NCBI GenBank assembly: GCA_051294375.1 | Contig: JBJCIZ010000743.1 | Coordinates: forward strand, 1 to 27,158 | Origin: Paraspadella gotoi | Lineage: Eukaryota > Animalia > Chaetognatha | DNA length: 27,158 bases | Direction of reading: 5' to 3' | Shown: in pieces, positions 22,053 to 27,158 of the stretch | Position numbering within the stretch: the stretch's first letter is position 1 | How the letters are laid out: each line of letters opens with the position of its first letter | Notes under the pieces: model-generated | Told to the model about the DNA's origin: nothing | The model's database searches: none | The model's input: only the letters and a program-made list of their open reading frames with translations | Position numbers and translations under genes: made by a program

Positions 22053-23530
22053 AGCATGACAAACTCTACCGTTAACCGTTAACCGTTAATTTTTAAGGAA
22101 CTTCGCTTAACCGTTAAAAGTAACGTTTTTAACGGTTAACCGTTAAAATCGGTTAATTTTATAATTTAACTTTAAATTTAAAATATTTATATTTAAAACT
22201 AATTAAAGTATTTAATGGTATTTTCTCCTTAACTCCGGCTCGTGAATCGTCTTTATCTTCTATTTCAGATGGATGAGGTATACATTATAGTTGATAAATG
22301 ATAAAATTGGTTTGAGAAAACTATCTTGAATCTTCCCATCAGCTAATCCAATAAACCATTATAATAAATCTTTCTTTTGACTCATAGCATAATAAAAATA
22401 TGAAAAAAGACAATGAAATAAAAAGCACAATGAAATTCTAATTCTGTATATTTTGTTTTCTCTTTCTCCCTTTCTCTTTCTTTCTTTCGCTTTCACTTTT
22501 TCTATTTCATTATTTTTATAGTTGTTATTTTCTTGAAAGCATTTTTTCTGTTATTATTCTTTCATAAACCATTACTATAAATATAATTATGAATATTGTG
22601 TTAAGACTTTCTTTTCGTTGCTTTTATAGATAAGTAAAAGCAAAGTTTATTTGTTTACAAACAACGGGTTTTATTAAAAAAACGGACATGTTTCGACTCT
22701 CACGCACTGATGTAGACTTGAAAAAACTAGAGTCGAAACATGTCCGTTTTTTGGAATTAAAACCCGTTGTTTGTAAACAATTAAACTTTGTTTTCTCTTA
22801 ATTATGAATATCAATTTATTAATTGAATGGTTGAATGATCGATTGATCAAAAGAGTTATTAATTAATAAATATTTTTTTCAATTTTATTAAAGTATATCA
22901 TCATTGAAAGATAGTTTTAGTTAGCCTTAATGTCTTTTCAAAGATTTATTCCTTCTATTGTTCATTTTTTAAATGTTTTCTAATAAATTTTATTTTTTTT
23001 AAAAGTTATTCGGTTTTATTTTATTTACTTTTTTGTTCATTTTAAAAAGGGAAAGAAAAAGTGAAAAATAAATTATAAAGATTATTTATTTTTTTATTAG
23101 CAAAATAGAATATTATTGCATGTAAGAATTTTATTTGCAAGAAAATATATGCAGATGCATATTATATTTCAAAATATTCTTTGATGTAAATGTATAAAAT
23201 TAACTGAAAGGAAAAACGAAAACATTTAGGAGAAAGTAAGTAAAAAATATTGGAAGGGCCGAAAAAAACGATAAGAGTTAGGTTAGAAAAAGATTAAAAG
23301 GGTTGAAAATAACAAAGGGAAAATGTAGAAGAGACAGGGGGAAAAATAGTAGTGAGAAAGGGAGAGGAGAATAAGAGAGGACAGGAAAAAAAACTTTTCT
23401 CTTAAAAAATCAAATTTCCTAACAAAAAATAACAAAAATCATACTTGAAAAATTAACCGAATTAAAATAAATATATTAACGGTTAAGTTAAAATTATTTT
23501 GTTAAACTGTTAACGGTTATCGCAACTCTA
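22053..23530. mobile_element. Probable degenerate MITE with (AACCGTT)n subterminal motifs
   Basis: Clusters of accgtta/taacggt at 22068-22158 and 23450-23520; aaatcggttaatttt vs aaaattaaccgaatt. Right end ...gcaactcta. No TSD found. Confidence 0.45.
22631..22800. mobile_element. Palindromic Penelope-like pLTR fragment with degenerate hammerhead (22702-22747)
   Basis: Arms 22631-22700 / 22729-22800. Centre reads ctgatgta-gact...agtc-gaaacatgtc. Confidence 0.7.
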
Positions 23531-23954
23531 CATATATACCCTCGCAACCTATGACAGGCCAATGACCCGACCTTATCGTCGTCCTCCATTTGCCCGGCCG
23601 GGGGGGGGGGCTAGCTCATTTTTGAGCTCTTTCTTTTACTTAATTTCACTTTTCTTCACTTATCTATCCCTCACCACTTATTTTCTATTTCAAATTTCAC
23701 TTTATTCTACTAACTTATTTATTTCCGTTGTTAACATTTAATTTCAGTTTATATTTAGATTATTTAATGCACTTTATCTCTGTTGTACATTGCTAAATGT
23801 ATTATTTAAATTTTTGCTTTGCCCTCTCTCTCTCTCTCTCTCTCTCACTCTTTTTCATTTTTCAAAGACTTACTTCTTCCCTCTCCTTACCTTCAGCTAT
23901 CCTCACATCTGACCACTGTCCCTTACCTTATTCTTTGTTGGAAACTCTCCCTCA

Positions 23955-24036
<82 letters not shown>

Positions 24037-24070
24037 ACTTACTTTAACAGAGACTAAATATTGATTGTCA

Positions 24071-24120
24071 AAAGCACTGATGAAGGCTCTAAGTGAAAGA
24101 GCCGAAACAGGTCTGACTAA
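24071..24120 (+). ncRNA. Minimal type I hammerhead ribozyme motif
   Basis: CTGATGA (24077-24083), A, stem II ggctct/agagcc, GAAA (24104-24107), CAGGTC. Stem I is weak (ca/tg plus bulge). Confidence 0.7.
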
Positions 24121-24997
24121 ATTGTGTCAATTAAATCGTTGTCAAATAAAACTGTTTTTGTCCTAAAAAATAATTTAAAAAAAATGTTCGTCGATCTTTT
24201 ATCTCTAAACTAATTAGTAATTACTCAAGATCTGATTGATGTATAAGTTGTAATTTTGTGCGTTGGTTGGAAGTTATTACTTATGATAAACTGGAAATTG
24301 AATTTCGATTTAAATGTGAATAATTTATGGCTAAGGATAACTCAATATAAAATTGTAAAAAATCTTAATGTACTGTAACTCAAAGGATACCTTTGTCTCA
24401 TCCATCTAAGAAGTCTTTAAGTAATAAAAAATTAAACACTTTTGATTTGTTTAAAATTACAATGTCCAATGTGTTGGGTCGTGTATTTCTTTTGACATGA
24501 CATGACATGTCGTGACATGACATGACTACAATAACTTTATCGGAATACCGTTTATTATTTTTTTTAGTTTTAGGATTTCCTGAAGGCGGCGCAAGCAGTC
24601 CCTTTGATTTGAGGTCTTTTTTCCTGTCTTAACAAATGAACAACTATAGGAAAATTATGTGAATTTTAACGTAAGTGGGAGCAGACCGACGGACGAACAT
24701 ACCCAGCGATAAACCGACCAAAAAGTGACTTTTAGAGTTGCTCATCTCAAGGACCACAGCCATCATAATAACCACAATGACCTTACAACCATAACCCAAA
24801 CAACACAACTACCACAACTACTATAACCTTCACAATGATAATAATAAAGCTTTTATACTAGCTAAGTGATAGTATATTACATTTCTATAGTTATTTACAA
24901 ATTAGAATAAATCTTTCGACAGTATTCCATTAAATCCTGATTATCTTTCCAAAAAAGTAGATAATTTTATTATAACTTGATAACATAACGGGAGATT

Positions 24998-25157
24998 CAG
25001 GGGCGGCGAGGGGGGGATACCTGTCTGGCGAGGGGGTCCGGGCCCCTGACAAGAGAAGAAAAAAGAATGAAAGAGCAATATTCAAGGCAGAAAGTCGGTA
25101 TCAAAAGACTAAAAATCACCAATTATGGAGAGGGGGCGCTATTTCCTCGCCGCCCTG
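24998..25157. mobile_element. ~160-bp hAT-type MITE
   Basis: TIRs CAGGGGCGGCGAGG / CCTCGCCGCCCTG. Flanks GGGAGATT (24990-24997 and 25157-25164, overlapping the right TIR by one G). Confidence 0.75.
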
Positions 25158-25175
25158 GGAGATTTTGAGAGAGGT

Positions 25176-25746
25176 GAAGAGACAGTAATTATTGTTTTAT
25201 GTTAGTGACAGAAACGTTCATATAAGCAGTCCCTGAGCTTCGGATCAGGCTGTAACACCATGTTACAGGCGGGGTTAAAGCGGCCTGTCCCCTCTAACTG
25301 CCAGACGACCACCGGGCTCAGAACTCGGACCTTTGGGTTGGGAGGCGATGACTTGCCTCGGCACCAATGGCCGCATGATGAATGTTGGTGGATTTAGTCC
25401 TCCATACATCCCCCCCGTAGGGAGAAGTCTGTTGCGTCATCTTCAGAATTGGTTCGTTGATGGTGGAAAGTTCGTCACCAGAGTTGAGGCATGTCGCCTG
25501 AGATGGTTTGTGGGGCGGAAAGTGCATCGCCAGTTGTAGGCATGTCGCCTGAAAGTGTTGTTGCTGTTGTGTTCGAAACGTCGGGCTCACCAATGAAGAG
25601 ACGTAATTATTGTTATTGTTAGTGACAGAAAACGTTCAATATAAGCAGTCCAGAGCTTCGGATCAGCTGTAAACCATGTTACAGGCGGGTAAGTGCCCCG
25701 TCCCTCTTAACTGCAGACGACCACGCGGGCAGAGAACCCTGACCTT
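25176..25746 (+). repeat. ~155-bp direct repeats (25176-25333, 25595-25746) around a GC-richer spacer; possible Penelope-like tandem remnant
   Basis: Both copies read gaagagac..gtaattattgtt..ttagtgacagaaacgttca..ataagcagtcc..gagcttcggatcag. The spacer has a duplicated aggcatgtcgcctga and cgaaacgtcgggc. Confidence 0.7.
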
Positions 25747-25849
25747 GTCGTTAGATCAACTTAACATCATCTCAGAATATCAATTATGATAATTAAGCGA
25801 AAAAATCTTAAAAGCATAAAGATCGAGACCGCTTTCGATAGTAACCAAA

Positions 25850-26066
25850 TTATTGATGCGATGATACCAATATTGATGGCGATGATAACGGCAAATATTG
25901 ACGCGATGATAACCAATAATTGATGCGATGAGTAACAAAATGACTGATGTGATGATAAATCAAATGATTGATGCGATGATAGTCATTCAATTGATATGAT
26001 GATAATCATTCATTGATACGATGATAGTGATTCTTGATGCGATGATAGTGATTTCATTGACGCGCT
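25850..26066. repeat. ~20-22 bp minisatellite, ~10 copies
   Basis: Unit attgatgcgatgata(accaaat/gtcattc). Confidence 0.85.
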
Positions 26067-26099
26067 GAATCATTCATCGTAAATAAAACAAACAAATGC

Positions 26100-26295
26100 G
26101 TGTATGAGTGAAAGAGAGAGAGAGAGAGAGGCTGGACAGTTTTCCCGCCAACGAAACGCATTATTAGGTCTCTCTCGTTTTATATAAAGAATAATCAGAA
26201 TTTTTAGAAAAAAAAATCCACGAAATCTAAAATTTGTGATTTTGTATTGAGAAAAAAGCGCGGAATAAATGGCGATAATAAAAGTTTTTAGAAGG

Positions 26296-26393
<98 letters not shown>

Positions 26394-26743
26394 GGAGGGA
26401 GAGTGAGAAATAGAGAGAGAGAGAGAGTTTTCCCACCAACGAGACGCATTATTAGGTCACTCTCGTTTATATCGGTTATCCGTTGCCTCGCAACGGCGTC
26501 GTGAAATTGGGTCTATGTTGATTTTTTTTTATACACGTAACGCGTTATTAGGTCATGTTCCTCGACATTGTTTACTTGTTGCTCCGCAACGACCACGAAA
26601 TCTAGGTTAAGTAAGTTATTGTATTTTGGGATTTTGTATTGAGATAAAATAATAAATGGCGATAATAAAAGTTTTTAGAAGGAAAAAATCCACGAAAATC
26701 TCGGAATAAATGGCGATAATAAAAGTTTTAGAAGGAAAAAAAA

Positions 26744-26784
<41 letters not shown>

Positions 26785-26790
26785 TAGATA
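26100..26790 (+). repeat. Composite repeat with (GA)n tracts; possible Helitron 3' end at 26605
   Basis: ttttccc.ccaacga.acgcattattaggtc at 26140 and 26428; aaatggcgataataaaagtttt three times. Hairpin gttgctccgcaac (26578-26590) lies 11 nt before CTAG. Confidence 0.45.
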
Positions 26791-27092
26791 GAAAAAGATT
26801 GTTCTTTTTTAGGAAGAAACCAGACCGAGGTCAAATTTAATATTTGCATATTTAATTAATTTATAAATAGTTATCACAACTCAAATAATTATTATTTAAA
26901 AAAAAGTTAAAAATGATTAAATATATACACTAAAAATATTTATAAATTTAATAATAGTACAAATTTATCAGAATAACAAAAAAAGTAATGTTTAATTTGA
27001 CTATATCTCTCTTATCAACTCCTATTTTAGATATAATTTGCCAATAGTGGGCCAACCGGTCCATAGTTGCAATAATAATAAAAACAAATTTT

Positions 27093-27158
27093 TTAGTCGG
27101 ATCTGCTTATCAGCAGATCCCGACTCTATAACTCACTTTTTATAACTCACTTTTTCGA
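27093..27158 (+). mobile_element. 5' end of another HINE-like copy
   Basis: tttttagtcggatctgcttatcagcagatcccgactctataactcacttt, as at 13788. Confidence 0.8.

Larger units (their letters stand above)
21656..24166. mobile_element. Penelope-like element remnant bounded by inverted pseudo-LTRs (21656-21851 / 23941-24166)
   Basis: ~200-bp near-identical inverted arms, each with a (CT)n tract, a hammerhead core and a downstream AATAAA. No RT or GIY-YIG ORF recognisable inside. Confidence 0.7.

Noticed and set aside
22269-22301. Possible next CNBD exon (tttcag ATG GAT GAG GTA TAC ATT ATA GTT = MDEVYIIV)
   Set aside because: Phase does not match either donor of the 21246 exon, a stop follows within 11 codons, and it lies inside a probable MITE.

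Overview
AT-rich, repeat-dense eukaryotic DNA, probably an invertebrate animal. (1) Two + strand exons (13191-13451, 21246-21466) of a divergent HCN/CNBD-type ion channel gene. They encode a pore helix with an 'RSIGLGP' filter, S6, the C-linker and the start of the CNBD. The 7.8-kb intron between them holds a LINE split by a hAT element (TSD GTTTTACA), which itself contains Helentron/DINE-1-like elements. (2) An apparent ~7.8-kb inverted duplication (630-8407 vs 9614-17522) that looks like an assembly error. The indel-rich segment 630-9613 is an inverted patch, and the real locus reads 1-604 + revcomp(8408-9613) + 9614-end. (3) After this repair, two nested non-autonomous LTR-like elements with non-canonical, partial LTR ends emerge. 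The inner one has a PBS and PPT but no pol. It carries a single ORF that looks like a RanBP1/PH-like domain, a charged coil, ~6 LC8-binding TQT/IQT motifs, a coiled coil and a basic NLS-like tract. (4) Penelope-type inverted pseudo-LTRs with minimal hammerhead ribozymes (21.7, 22.7, 24.1 kb), MITEs, mini- and microsatellites. All protein family calls are by-eye motif comparisons, not database searches.
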